DNA of 64,000 nt from Octopus vulgaris (GCA_951406725.2 OX597818.1:10788001-10852000); one strand, 5' to 3'. Positions 28,760 through 42,360 are shown, counted from the first letter of the stretch. The notes: generated by a model not told the origin, from the letters alone. Numbers and translations: made by a program.

Positions 28760-29061
28760 CTGTGGTTCTCAACAATTTTATTTTTTTACCTATTGACCCC
28801 TTTGATTACTATTTTATTCTGGTGGATCCCCATAGCCTCTTGACATTTAAAAACCAGTTTTAAAGAAACTTCTTTCAAAATTCCTATTTTGTTTTTCACA
28901 CATTAACTTGTGTAGGTTGAACTATGTAAAACATGTGAAAAAAGCCATTGAAAGCAAAATTTTTTCAAGGACCCTTAACATACTACTGTGGATCCTCAAT
29001 TTACTGTTTTGCCTGAATTAACCCTACCAAATCTTATATGAACCCCAGTTGAAAACCACTG
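28760..29061. mobile_element. hAT-type MITE, same family as 61606-62090
   Basis: CTGTGGTTCTCAAC / GTTGAAAACCACTG termini; shared internal CCCTTTGATTACTATTTTATTCTGGTGGA and TTAACTTGTGTAGGTTGAACTAT. Confidence 0.8.
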
Positions 29062-29339
29062 CAATATGATCATCTACTTACTATAAATAGCAGTCAAATC
29101 TCCCTTGAACCACACCATCTGAAATAAAGGATTGATACTTGGGTCAGTGTTTTCCCAGATGTATAAAAATATGCGATGGTCATGTTTGGAATTCTTTTCA
29201 TCATAGTTTTTGATCAATGCCGATCTATGGCTAAATATTAGCAACAAACATAATCTGTTACATCAACCCCAGTGCTTCACTGGTACTTATCTTATTGACC
29301 TCAAAAGATGAAAAGCAAAGTCAACTTTGGAATTCTATG

Positions 29340-29520
29340 AAGGATGTCTCACAATGATGGAGAGAAGAAAACTGAAATGTTGTGGCCATATAACAAGATT
29401 AAATGATCTTGGTAAAAATCATTTGCCAAGGAACTGTGGGAGGAAAGAAGGGGAGGTGGAGAGGAAAAGATGGATAGACAACATCAAGGAACAACTTGAG
29501 TAGATTGCTTGTGGAGACCT
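29340..29520 (+). mobile_element. RTE/BovB-like LINE ORF C-terminal fossil
   Basis: Translates with frameshifts to RRKLKCCGHITRLNDL..QGTVGGKKGR..KRWIDNIKE, matching the RTE motif RKLKWYGHVxR...QGxVEGKRxRGRxxxRWxDNIKE. Confidence 0.7.
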
Positions 29521-30549
29521 TAGCTTTGACATACAAATTCCTAGTTGAATGACCCCCAAAAAAGTTAGTAGTGTTTATGTGTGTGTGTGTGTGCATGCCT
29601 GCATGTGTATGTGAATTGAATATTTGAAGTTTTAAGAGATAAGCTGAAAACTTTTTTTGTGAAGAGCAAGTAAAGATAAGAAAATGAGACCATTTCTTAA
29701 ACATTTTATTATTATTTTTATTATTTCAAGAGAAGACTGATGCATCATCAGTTTTTTAAGTACTTTTTGTCCTCTTTCACCTATTCTCCCAATCTGTTAC
29801 CTTCCTCCACTCCTTGCCACAGACAACTTGACTACAATGACAACAGTAGCAATTATACTAAATCTGTTGATCAAAAACACACATGCTAACTCTCCATTCT
29901 ACAAAGACACACACACACAAAGTTTTTACACATTTACAGACACTGGCTTCCATTGGCTTCCACCTCTACCATACACACACTTAAGATATAATTATCAATA
30001 TTAATAGAATCTTTATAAAAAAAAAAACATAAATGAATAAATGTCTTCCAAATCAGAGTTATCAGTCTGTCTCATCTAAGATTTCCATCATATGACTGTC
30101 AACTGTGGGTGAGTTTGAGGGCAATACTTTGTTAAAATGCTCCCTTTTCTCCCTCCTTCTCTTTGTGTGTGTGTGTGTGTGTGTGTATGCATGTGCTTGT
30201 GTATGTACATACATGCTTGTTTCTCTGTGTCTGTGTGTGCACATATATGCACACGTGTGTGTTGTGGCTACCTGTTTAACCTGACTAAAATAATCAATAT
30301 ACCCGATTCAGATGTTATCAAATTAATAACAGTTAATAATAATAAATGATTTCTAACATAGGCACAAGGGTTCAAGTATGGCCAATGGAAGGGAAGCTGT
30401 AGTTGATTAAATTGACCTTATTATTTAACGAATCTCCATGAAGACCAATAAGCAATCCTTACTGACAGATTGAGGTTTGTAACAAAAATAATATTGGTCA
30501 TGTAGTAAGCTACAAAATTCCTACGTTCTCTCAGTTTCCTGTAATTCAG

Positions 30550-30762
30550 ACTGCTTCATGGTCCCAGTAGGCAAAATGGAAAAAGCGTTGCCCCAGAAGA
30601 TGGCAAGAGAGATGCACTGGTACAGCCACTCTGACTCACCAGGGCTGACACTTGCCATCTGCCATCTCCACCCTGATAGTGGTGAGCAGAGATATGGTCC
30701 AGTGACCAAGTACACCAGAGGTCTCCACTACCATAGGCTTGACCATAAACCTGTCAGAGATT
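30550..30762 (-). mobile_element. CRE-clade non-LTR retrotransposon 3' fragment (restriction-like endonuclease C-terminus)
   Basis: Minus strand reads SDRFMVKPMVVETSGVLG...(frameshift)...ESEWLYQCISLAIFWGNAFSILPT, matching the CRE motif FxPxAxETxGxxG...FLxQRISxAIQRGNAxSIL. Confidence 0.75.
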
Positions 30763-31139
30763 GACTAGTACTTGATTATATTGATTACAGGAACATGAAA
30801 GGTAATGGCTTTGATGGAATTTGGACACAGACAGTAAAGGGTTGTAAGTAAATGTTTGCAAAGCATTTTGGTTTGATTCTCATTGATTTCTTTTATTGGT
30901 TCCAAGGTCTCAAGATATTGGGGATAGTACAAGGAAGAAACAGAAGAGTAGTTGGAGATTTGCACTGAATAAAGTCATAAATGTCCACAAATGATAGAGA
31001 AAGAACAAAGATGAATAGCAATAAAGAATTACAGATAAGAAGAAGAGATACCTAAAATGGAGAACACATGCACATCACAACTATATAACACATAAGGCAA
31101 CTAATATTTTGCAAAGTATCTGACAGCTATAGCACAGCC

Positions 31140-31530
31140 TTCATCATCATCATTTAATGTCCGTTTTCCATGCTGGCATGGGTAAGACATTTTGACCAGA
31201 GTTGTTCAGCTGGAGAGTTGCACCTGGCTCCAGATGTCTGTTTAGGTCTGGTTTCTATGGCCAGATGCTCTTCCCAATGCCAACCACTTTACAGAGTGTA
31301 CTAGGTATCTTTTATCTATCATTGGCTCAGGTGCCTTTCATATGTCATCAGCACTGGCCACGACCATAATTTTGCTTGACTTGATGTGTCTTCTCAAGTA
31401 TAGCAAATTGCTAAAAGTATTGGGCAATTGTCATTGCCTCCACGAGACTCCACAATTGAAGATCATATTTCACCATGTTGTCCCGCATCTTTCTGGGTCT
31501 ACCTCTTCCACAGGCTCCCTCCATAATTAG
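31140..31530 (-). mobile_element. RTE LINE 3' fragment
   Basis: CATCATCATTTAATGTCCGTTTTCCATGCTGGC tail plus ORF end (EGACGRGRPRKMRDNMVKYDL on the minus strand). Confidence 0.75.
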
Positions 31531-31745
31531 AGATCAGCATGATAGCACATAATCTGTGCAGTTAGATTAGGAGACTTCCTCTCTGACATGACTGTGTGGT
31601 AAGAAGTTTGCTTCCTAACCACATGGTTCTGGGCTCAGTCCCACTGTGTGTCATTTTGGGTAAGTGTCTTCTACTATAGCCTTGGGCTGACCAAAGCTCT
31701 GTGAGTAGATTTGATAGAGAGAAACAGAAAGAGGGCCATCATATA

Positions 31746-32962
31746 CAGGGGTTGGACAAAATAATGGAAACACATATCATCATAATTTTGAAATATCTAT
31801 AAAACTATCAAAAGCTTGTTTATTTTTATGGTTTTTGATTTATTATTAGTGTTGCTCAATATGTTTTGAAAAAGTTGCTGTTTCTTTTCTGATTGTATCA
31901 GAAAAAGGTAATTAAAATTCATTAAAATGACAGATCTATCGGACTTTCAAAGAGGTCAAATTGTTGGCGCTTGTATGGCAGGTGCTAGCATAATGGAAAC
32001 AGCCAAAATGTTTGGTGTATCAAGAAATACAGTCTTGAAAGTATTGATTCCCTTTAGGAAAGAGGGAAAAACCTCCTCGAAAGAAAACTCCGGAAGAAAA
32101 CCAAAACTTTCAGATGGGGACTGTCAGACTCTTACATGAATTGTTAGAAAGGCTCACACAAGTACAGCTCCCAAAATCACTGCAGAGCTTAATGACCACC
32201 TCAAGAACCCAGTTTCCACAAAAACTCTTCACTGGGAGCTGCACAAAGTTGGATTTCACAGGAGGGCTGCAATCAGAAAACCATTACTTTCAAAAACAAA
32301 CGTTGCAAAGCATTTAGAGTGGAGTAAAAACCTACAGAATTGGTCCCTAGACAAGTCATCCTTTACCTTATTTCTGACCACCAGCCGAATATACGTGTGG
32401 AGACAGCCAAAAGATGCATTTGACCCAGACTGCCATCTTCCAACTGTTAAACATGGAGGTGGCTCTGTGATGATCTGGTGAGGCTATATCTTGGAAATCT
32501 GCTGACCCAATGGGTTCTCTTCATGGCAGAATTAATAGTCAAAACTAAGCATTTTGTCTGATCAAATTCATCCTATGGTTGCGGAACTGTTTCCGGAGGG
32601 AATCGTGATCTTTCAGGATGATAATGCACCAACTCACATAGCTAAAGTTGTTACTGAATGGCATAAAGAACATTCTAGTGAAGTTGAACATCTTATCTGG
32701 CCACCACAGTCTCCAGATATCAATATTATTGAACATTTATGGTGCATTTTAGAAAAACAAGTAAGGAGTCAATAATCTCTACCATCATCACTACAAGAAC
32801 TGGGGACTATTTTAGCTGAAGAATGGAGAAAAATTCCTTTGGAAACAATTCAAACTTTGTATGAGTAGAATTCAAGCTGTAATTACTGCCAAAGGCAGTC
32901 CTACCCCATATTAAAATAAATTTAAGATTTTAAGGTGTTTCTATTATTTTGTCCAACCCCTG
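31746..32962 (+). mobile_element. Full-length, defective Tc1-like transposon (DD36E spacing)
   Basis: 28-bp TIRs CAGGGGTTGGACAAAATAATGGAAACAC (1 mismatch); TA TSDs at 31744-45 and 32963-64; 1217 bp; inserted in the TA tract of a SINE A copy (about 31588-33200). Confidence 0.95.
31927..32914 (+). pseudogene. Tc1-family transposase pseudogene
   Basis: MTDLSDFQRGQIVG paired-like HTH; SGRKPKL; DKSSF (first D); PTVKHGGGSVMIW; FQDDNAPTH...WPPQSPDINIIEHLW; GSPTPY*. Several stops and frameshifts. Confidence 0.93.
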
Positions 32963-35589
32963 TATATATTTATGTGTATATGTCTTTGTGTCTGTGTTTG
33001 TCCGCACTACCACTTGACAACTGGTGTTGGTGTGTTCACATCTGCTGTAACTTAGCAGTTCAGCAAAAGAGACCAATTGAATAAGTCAGGTTTAAAAAGA
33101 AAATAAGTACTTGGGATCAATTAGTTTTGACTAAAATTCCTGAAGGCGGTCCCCAGCATGGTTGTAGCCTAATGACTGAAACAAGTAAAAGATAAAAGAA
33201 CCTGCAACTCCTGCTGCACAGTTGCTACCTCACTCTAAAACACAGCACATCATGCAATCGTAACCCAACACTAAAAGCATGCCCACATTTTGTACTACTC
33301 ATCAAAGACAAGAAACACTGAAGCAGCTCCAGAAATTTAAAAGAATCCAACTGATGTTGCTTTATATTTGTTTGGCCTAGGTACACTTTGAATGAGAAAA
33401 ACCTAAGAATGAATTTTCCACTGTACCCTTCCATTTTTGAGACAGTATGATTGGTTTAAGGAAAATTTAGCACTATTTCTTGTAAAGAGAGTGATCATGT
33501 AGGCTTCTCTTCTTAGCATGATATTGGTATTGTAACTGGAAGAGGTAAATACCACACACACTATTAAAGAGGGAAGAAGGGAGAGAGAGAGAGAGAAGAG
33601 TGAGAGATAGGAAGGAATAAATAACTTGAGATCTTCCATGTGATATTGACTGAGAATCATTTTACACCATGGCAACCAATGGTTAATGGCTTGGACATGT
33701 AGTCTCAAGCATAACAACGATAGACTTAAATGCTGCCCCTCTACCACCATTTATTATAGTTGTACACAATCCATTTAGTTATCCATAGTCTGTCATAACT
33801 CACCTGATCAACATGGGGTTTCTTATAGCTATACTATGCTGTCAGTAATTATAGATGTTTGATGACACAACACCTTTACTAACTGCCCACTGCTGTAACT
33901 CCTTAGCAAATATAACCAGAACAATTTGTGTATATAATAACATAGCCAGCAGTAATTATTAAATACCTCCACTGAAGGAAAAGAATTCTTTTAACCAATT
34001 AGACACACTCACTTAGAATGTTGCCTAAAACATATATTAAAAAATATATAATATATCATCTACAGATCAGTAAGTCCTTTTATTTAAACAGGACTTGTTG
34101 AAAACTCTACTCTATATTGCTTTACAAATTTCCTGTTTATGTTGCTTTACATTTTCATTTTTTTTCTAGTCAGTCAGTCTCTCGGCTGTCTGTTTGTCTC
34201 TTTCTCTCCTTCTCTCTCTCCTTTCTCTTTCTGTGTGTGAAATTGTTCATGTGTGCCTGTAAGATATCTTCTCTGAAAGCCATATACAAATAATAAAACA
34301 GAGAGACAGATAACTCATGTGACAAGGGCAAATTGAATGAGTGGTATAAAGTATATAGAGCTTACTTCAGTTAAATACCAGTACTCCCAAAAGGCTCCTG
34401 CTTATTAAACAGAGCTCTGTCTTCACACATGTAGACAGGTAATCTTTATTCCTGCAAATCTTGATGAAAATATAATGGCACATTTTATTTCTCAAATGAA
34501 TTTCCTATTATTTGTTAGAAATTACCATATCCTCATAGAAAACCAAGAGTTAATGAACTGCAAAAATCTCACAAAACAGCGATTCATTCAATAGTCTATC
34601 AAATTTGAAAGATCATGTCTGAAACTTTGTAACACAGCAGCCTTTAGAGTTTGAGTCCAATCAAATATCTCCCAAACAGTTTCTATTCTTGAAATAGTTA
34701 TCTACACATTATGTATACCTTGGCCTAATTATCTTCTTCAGTAACTCACTCGTGTACAGAAAACAAGATCTAAGAGACCACTGGGAGCTATAAACTTATT
34801 TATCATTACTAAAATGATGGATCTCTCTCAAAACCATTTAACCACTTGCTGATGTTAACAGCATTGGGTCTCATCTGAAATGTAATCATATTATAACTGT
34901 AGCTAATGATCACTGCAAATAAACCAAATAACTAGAAGATATTATTATAATTTTGAGACTTCACAACAGACTTATAAATACCATTTACATTAAATTAATA
35001 TATAGCGATGGAACCATATTTGTAAGTAAATTACAACACATCCTTTATCTTTCGATGTGGTATCTTAAATTCCTGTTTGATAATTTTTTATATTAAATTG
35101 AGAAAGCTAGAAAATAAAATCAACAAAAACTGAAGCCAGAATCACAGAACAAGAAACTAAACACATTAAAATATTTATTCTGTAATATCTTTCTCTCTCA
35201 CCGATACATATGTATATGTATGAATATATATATGTATGTATGTGTGTGTGTGTGTGTGTAAATCTCTCTGTTATCCTATCAGTCTCTCTCTTGTTCTTTC
35301 TGGCTTGCACACTAACCCCTGATGCTACTTTTCACTTATTTATGTAGGTGGGTAGTGAAGAGCTAGTTCTCAGCTTTTCATCAATCACTTTACAATGATA
35401 TATATATACACACACATAAAATATCAACACACACACACATACATCATATATGTGTGCATTTATGTGTGTATATATGGATGCTGTATCAGATAATTTCAAC
35501 TCAGTGTCTTGGTTAACATTCCTTTCATTTACCTGTCTTGTTATCCAAGTAGGAATAGATCAAACTGTTATTATTTCTCTTATAATCAA

Positions 35590-35649
35590 CTGATGAGAGT
35601 AGTACATATGTAACAAGCTGTTACATAACCACTTGAAACCTACATTGTC
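35590..35649 (+). ncRNA. Decayed hammerhead-ribozyme-like core (Penelope-type)
   Basis: CTGATGA-GAGT[..TATGTAACA AGC TGTTACATA..]ACTT-GAAAC...GTC; stem I not formed. Confidence 0.4.
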
Positions 35650-36135
35650 ATCATTATTATCTCACAGCCATTTTCCATGCTGGCATGAGTTGGATGGTTT
35701 GACAGGAGTTGGGAATCTAGAGAGATGCACCAGCTCTAATTGTCTGTTTTGTAGCTGGATGCCCTTCCTAACACTAACCACTTTACCTGCACAGGTACTT
35801 TTTACATGACACTATTACATGTGCTTTCTACATGGCACCAGCACAGGTGCTTTTTACATCCTTGTGAGGCTCAGCATTCGAAGATCATTTCTCATCATTT
35901 CATCCCACATCTTTCTGAGTCTACCACTTCCACAAGTTCCCTCCACTATTAGAAATTGGCACTTTTTTATGCAGTTGTCCTCATCCATATGCATCACATG
36001 ACCATACCGGCACAGACTTTCTCTTGCACACTACATCTGATGCGTGTTAAACCCAATTTTTCTCTTAAATCATTTACAGTCTGTTGTACATGCACACTGA
36101 CATTACCCATTCAACAGAGCATGCTGGCTTAATTT
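35650..36135 (-). mobile_element. RTE LINE 3' fragment
   Basis: Minus strand gives ASML...NVSVHVQQTVNDLREKLG...YGHVMHMDEDNCIKKCQFLIVEGTCGSGRLRKMWDEM followed by the family 3' UTR and tail. Confidence 0.85.
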
Positions 36136-37519
36136 CTTTCAAGTCTATGGATATCCTCTGTAGTATATATACATACATGCAAGAGAGAGAGAGAGAGAGT
36201 GAGAGTATGGTAAGAATGACTAACATGATGGGGATTATGGTGGTTGTGTTGATGCTTCTGACGATTAATATTATGCTACAGCTAGTGTAAAACTGTTATT
36301 AGGTGATTTTTTTTTATTAATATATTTTCTGCACTGAAGCATGTTGATGTATAAAATTCGAATATGTATATATGTGTGAATATGCATCTATTTTATAATC
36401 ATTTATTACTGGTTTACAGATTCCACCTTTCTGTTCAATTTTTTGTTTGTTCACGGAAACATAGTTTTCATAGCTCTAATCAATTTTTAATTATTTATTG
36501 ACTACTTTCAGTGAAAAATACCACATTTTGAGATAAGTTGAGATATATACTGTGAAAGTGGATGTGATTTTATCTACTATCTTACACAGATACATACACA
36601 CACAAGTATTAGAAATGTGTTTGTATATGGTTGTGCAAGAATATATATGTATCTATAAGTGTCTATATCTCCTTATCAGTACCAGTCCTTCCACCATTTG
36701 AAAACACTGAATGTATTTTATTTATTATTTTTTTTCCCCTTAGAAATGATGTGTCTAAACTTCTCATATGGATTTAACTGAACTCTTGACCTTGCTTTGA
36801 TTTTTTAAGTAACAATCACCAAGAGATTCATGCATCTGCTGCTTCCAGTGGAACTTCTTTACTCATGCCAAAATAAATGATGCAACAAGAACGCTTCTGT
36901 ACAGTTGCTCATCTCACTAAAAATAGTAATGAAGTCTCCCTTACATCTCACACCTTATTTATCTGAAAGAAAAAAAGCAAATAACACGTGGCATCAGGTA
37001 GTTGTAACTATTTCTAGAAAGACTGGGATGCTCTGGATTGAAATTTAAGCTAAACAACAATACTAGAGTAGTGACAGTATAATCTAAATCTTAGGAGAGT
37101 GGATAATCACAATCCTCAATTTCTGAAAGTTTGTAAAAATAATTAAGGGCCTCCTTGTGGTCATTTGGCCTGATAGAAAATAAGTCTGGTCTTTCCTACT
37201 GCCTTCATGAAAGAGGAACATATTAGACAGTGTGTCCATGGATGAAGAAAGTAAATGTAGAATGATGGTTATGATCAAAAGTCTGTTCAATCAAGACTAA
37301 ATGAGGGCTAAATAAAAACAACATTGATTGTTCAAATGCAACCCAGAATTAAACCACTGAATAAATACAATTTATTCTAATGACAATGCAAAAAGCATTG
37401 TCTTTAGAATGATTTAGATTTATACATGAGATAATGAGTTAATATGATGGCCAGTCTTTTCTTTTGTCTCCATGGCATTAACTGCACAAGTTAATTGAAT
37501 TCTGTACACAGTACTTTTT

Positions 37520-37880
37520 ATCTGTTTCTTGTTTCAGTCATTTGACTCTGGTCTTGCTGGGGCACCTTCAAGAAGAACTTTTAGTCAGATGAATCAACTA
37601 CAACACTTACCTTTTAAAGCCAACCCGCTAAGTTACGGGAATATAAACAAACCATCACCAGTTGTCAAGCAGTGGTGGGGGACAAAGACAGATACAATTA
37701 GACACACACAGATATATGACATACTTTTTACAGTTTCCATCTACCAAATCCACTCACAAGGTTTTGGTTGGCCCGAAGCTGAAGCAGAAGACACTTGCCC
37801 AAAGTGTCACGCAGTGGGACTGAACCCAGAAGCATATGGTTGGGATGCATGCTTCTTACCACACAGTCACACCTGCTCCT
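37520..37880 (-). mobile_element. SINE family A, CpG-decayed
   Basis: Homology to 22239-22670 in reverse orientation. Confidence 0.8.
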
Positions 37881-38033
37881 GTATGTTAAGTGATGATGGA
37901 TCTGGTGTTGATTATGAGGAGTATTCCAGTAGTTCAGTTAATGGAATTACACACTAATTGTATTACAGTGGAATTAGTATTCCTCATCCACTTATACCCA
38001 TAACATAATCCTCAGGTCGACTTAAAGTAACAC

Positions 38034-38068
<35 letters not shown>

Positions 38069-39404
38069 AAGAAGGTAGGTCCTTTGAATTACAGGTCCCC
38101 TCAATATGGTATTATTGTGTACATGGTTTAGTATTTCAGGTAGAATCCTCAATATACAGTGTAAGACAAAGCTGGGTCTTTGACTTTATAATTATGTACA
38201 CAATTACAGTGCATATAACAGGCTTCCACACAGTTTCCATCTGCCCAGTTTTATTCACAAAGCTTTTTCACCATTAGGCTACAATAAATGATTCATGTTT
38301 CACCTCAGTGTTGAACAAACAAAATTAATTTCTGTAGCCATTATAAAGGGTTTGTTAGATAATTTTGAGCAGTAGTTAGGGGTTGTTGTTGATGTTAACT
38401 CTCATTGAGTGAACCTAGGATTAAAAGTGGTCCAACCCTAATTATCCTTTTTTTTTTGCTTTGATATATCAAGCATTACATTTTCCAATATATAATTACT
38501 TTTTAAGACTGTAGTGTGTGATATCTGAGGGAGATTTCACAGCTATTTCTCGCATATCGAGTGCTCCCATAAAGGCTCCTAAGAACATTTGTGATAAACA
38601 TAAAATAAACCCAGTAGACAACTTAAATTCCTCAGACTCTGATACAGTGTCTTAATCTACTAGAAATAGTAATCAAATCTTTGTAAAACCTCATCTCCTG
38701 CAGATTAAACAAGGGCAACATAACTCAGTCAAAACACTTTTTCTTTGTTTGCCATAAGTGAGTGACAGAAAAACTACAAGGCAAGCTTAAGCAAGACAAG
38801 GATTATGACTGGCAGTAAACTTTAAAATGTAGGTATTGTTCCAAAGTATAAAATATAGGGGTTAGAAGGTTAGAAGATGATAGCTTTAACGTAAACCTAT
38901 AAATCCATGTTAATAGACTGGGATTTAGGATTGTACTAGTTGATCCCATTCCTTTTAAACTCTTGCTTTGATGTTTTACTTAATTGATTGTAGTGGCGAT
39001 TTAGTTGACTACACATAGCTAAACAGTTTAATGAAAAAGGTGTTACATGGTCGTTTGAGCTGGTAGAAATGGCAGCTAAATTACCCACAGATCATATATT
39101 AAAAACTTGGGAAAGGATTGACCTGTTGGATAATGTTATATACTTTGAATTTGAGTTGAGATAGTCTTGGTAAAAACACTTTCAGTGGTAGTTTTATATT
39201 CTCTATCAGCATTGACTTGGGGCTAAACAGCAACAGTCATAGCTGATCATTTCTGTTTGTCTTCTACATTCTTGGCATGTTGTGGAGGATACTTCTTATG
39301 TATTCTTAAACACTCAAGCATACACATAACACTTGTATGCACATGTACCTCTGTCTTCTGATTTGTATATGTGTGTGTGTGTGGGGGGGGATATCGCCAG
39401 TTAT

Positions 39405-39838
39405 CTTCACAGTGCCATGTTTCATCCCCTGTCACTGATAGAAGTAAATGTATTTAACATTGATGTCAAAGACCAGAGCTAACATCCACCTTTCCCTCCC
39501 TCAAATCAGGTGTCAGTTGCTGAGATACCCACTTTACACTCACTTTCTGATACCCAAAGTCTTCTGCCATCTTCTGTAATGCAATGTGACCATGGTCAAG
39601 TTGTTCAGCAAGCTCACAGATTGTGACTCATCTGTCCACATTGATTCATATCAGTAGTCACAGTTGATCTCTTACTGTTTGGGTTGGCTTAATGCTTGGT
39701 TTCTTTTACTCATCTGTGCACCTAGCTCCTGTGTCATCTCTGTAAACAGCCTGTAACCCATCTGTGTATGTTGAGCAGTCTGCACCCTTTTATCAGCAAG
39801 ATCTCAATGTCAGTACTTTGTTTCTGCTTCAAACCATT
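39405..39838 (-). pseudogene. Mariner transposase fossil (N-terminal half)
   Basis: Minus strand: LQAVYRDD...VTICELAEQL...GYQK..VKWVSQQLT...VTGDETW, matching the mariner WVPxxLT linker and the TGDETW first catalytic motif. Confidence 0.8.
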
Positions 39839-40321
39839 ATTTGCCTACAATAAAAAGAGTCACTATACTAATATGTTCTGTTTGAACAACCTTTGTCGGT
39901 TAATGAAAAAGCTATGTCCACTTTTGCATTACTTTCCGTTCAGTGTGTGTTTGTGTGCATGCATGTAATGTACACACACACATACAAATGTGTATGTGTG
40001 AGTATATATATATATATATATATCTTTTATCACTTATCTGTTTCATTCATCGTATTGCAGCCATACTGGAGCACTACTTTGAAAGGATTTTAGTTGAACA
40101 AATCAACCCCAGTACTTTTTTTTTTAAGCCTGGTGCTTGTTCTATCTGGTTTCTTACTGAACTGCTAAGTTACCGGGACATACACAACCCAATACTGGTT
40201 TTGAAGTGGTGTGGGAGACACACACACATACACACACACATGCACATATATACATACACATATATGACAGTCTTCTTTTAGTTTCCATCTACCAAATCCA
40301 CTCACATGACTTTGGACTATA

Positions 40322-41222
40322 CTGGCTTCATTCCTTTCTAGTCCTTACATGTCCTCTGCATTCAGGGCTCACATCTCTCTGCCATCTAGTATTGCCGTTC
40401 ATACACAAGCATCATACAATCTGCCTTTTGCTCTGAGACATGTTACCAACAAAGGTAGTAACTCTCTGAACTATCGTCATCCTATTTTTATTCTAGTAAC
40501 TACACTCTCAGAACATCCTCTTTCACTGGTAATTAGGTCACCTAGGTAACAGAAGCTTACTACCATTACGAAACTTCCTGAGCATTTGAGACAATCTGTG
40601 TACATGGTGTTTTTATTGTTCCTGTACATGTGCCACATTTAAAGTCTACTTTCTCTTAACTTTCCTGCAATTCCTCTTCATCTTTAGTACATCACAGAAC
40701 TCCAACAACGTTGTTCTCTCTTTATTTCTAGAACTAAAGCTGTAACTACCATATACACCCTGGAATCCATCGGGGTGCTGCCTGATATGTCTGTTGAAGT
40801 CACTAGCCATGATAATAAGGTCATTGTTATTCATTACTGTGGTAATCTGCAAAAGGGCCTCATAAAATTGTTCCATCTGTTCATCTGCCAGCTAAGATTA
40901 TGGAGTATACACAGAGATAAATGTCACTGTTGCTTGTTCGAGATAGTTATGTCTAAGCTTAACTATCTTATTACACACTCTGACTACCTCAATTACTTTA
41001 TCCATCTCTCTGCCAAAAGTATACCTACACCATCCATTCCACTACTGCTACCTATCCAAAAGAATTTTTTTTTTTTTTTGTTCCTTGTCTGTGAGGAGTC
41101 TAACTGGGTCTCCTACCGTCTTACCACTTGCACACAGCACGCGTCTACATGCCTCTGCCATTACATTTCAGTAATCTCTCTGGTCCTATCTTGCATTGTG
41201 CCAACAGTCATTGTGGTGGCTC
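40322..41222 (-). mobile_element. RTE LINE fossil: APE endonuclease fused by internal deletion to the post-RT region
   Basis: [14 protein letters not shown]...EQFYEALLQ...ASDFNRHI...RNKERTTLLEFC (APE) at about 40690-41222; YLGDLI..GCSESVVTRIK..FRELLPLL..KGRLYDACV..ERNEAS at about 40322-40560. Confidence 0.88.
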
Positions 41223-41324
41223 TAAAGTTATGTGTATGTGTATACTCACACATGTGCGCATACACACAGATATTTGTGTGTATGTGTGAATCTCTCTCTC
41301 TCTCTGTATATATGTGCATATATT

Positions 41325-41603
41325 TATATGCACATAAACACGTGTATATGTATATATATGTATGTATGAATAAATTATATATATGTATATATATATATAC
41401 ACATAAACGTATGTGTATATATGTATATATATATGTATATATATATATATATGCACATGTATGTGTATATATGTGTATATATATATGCACATAAACGTAT
41501 GTGTATATATGTATATATATATATATATATATATACACATAAACGTATGTGTATATATGTATATATATATGTGTATATATATATGCACATAAACGTATGT
41601 GTA

Positions 41604-41634
<31 letters not shown>

Positions 41635-41660
41635 GCACATAAACGTATGTATACATATAT
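41325..41660. repeat. Minisatellite with CACATAAACGTATGTG anchors separated by variable (TA)n
   Basis: Anchor at about 41331, 41400, 41488, 41536, 41586 and 41636. Confidence 0.85.
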
Positions 41661-42169
41661 ATTTATATATATGTATACATACATATATATGTGTGTTTTA
41701 TATATATATATATGTATGTATGCATATGTTTACATGTGTATGTACACACACTCATATATTGTCTATATGGTTTTGAATCTGTGTATTTGGATACATTAGT
41801 ATGTGTGTGCGTGTTTCTTATATACTTTTCTGTCAGTGTGTATTTGATAGCTTTGGATCTATTATCATCATTAATAAATATCTATCATTTCTTCCCAGTC
41901 CCTGTACAATTGCATTAGGAGAGAGAGAGAGAGAGAGAGAGCCCAGAGGCAAAAAAGGTGATGGATATGTTGAACAGATCATTTACTGGTGTATGCTGGT
42001 GATTGGCTATAACCCCTCTGCCCTGGCCTCAGGAGTCTTTTGTAGTCTTTTGTAGTCTTTTCCTGTTCAGTTTCTCCAATCTCCCTCACTCTTGTCAAGA
42101 ATTAAGTATATCTATCTAGCTGGCTTATCAGTAAACTATCTGTATTTCTATCTGTCTATTTATCAGTCA

Positions 42170-42170
42170 G

Positions 42171-42245
<75 letters not shown>

Positions 42246-42291
42246 GTCTATCTACCTGTCTACCTACCTGTCTACCTATCTACCTATCTAC

Positions 42292-42331
<40 letters not shown>

Positions 42332-42360
42332 TTACCTATCTATCTCTCTATCTATCTGTC
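42170..42360. repeat. (TATC)n/(TACC)n tetranucleotide microsatellite
   Basis: Direct reading. Confidence 0.95.

Noticed and set aside
40646-40876. Craniofacial development protein 2-like / endonuclease gene
   Set aside because: It is the APE domain of a decayed RTE LINE with stops and a large deletion.
41325-41660. CRISPR-like repeat-spacer pattern
   Set aside because: Spacers are just variable TA runs; eukaryotic context; no cas genes.
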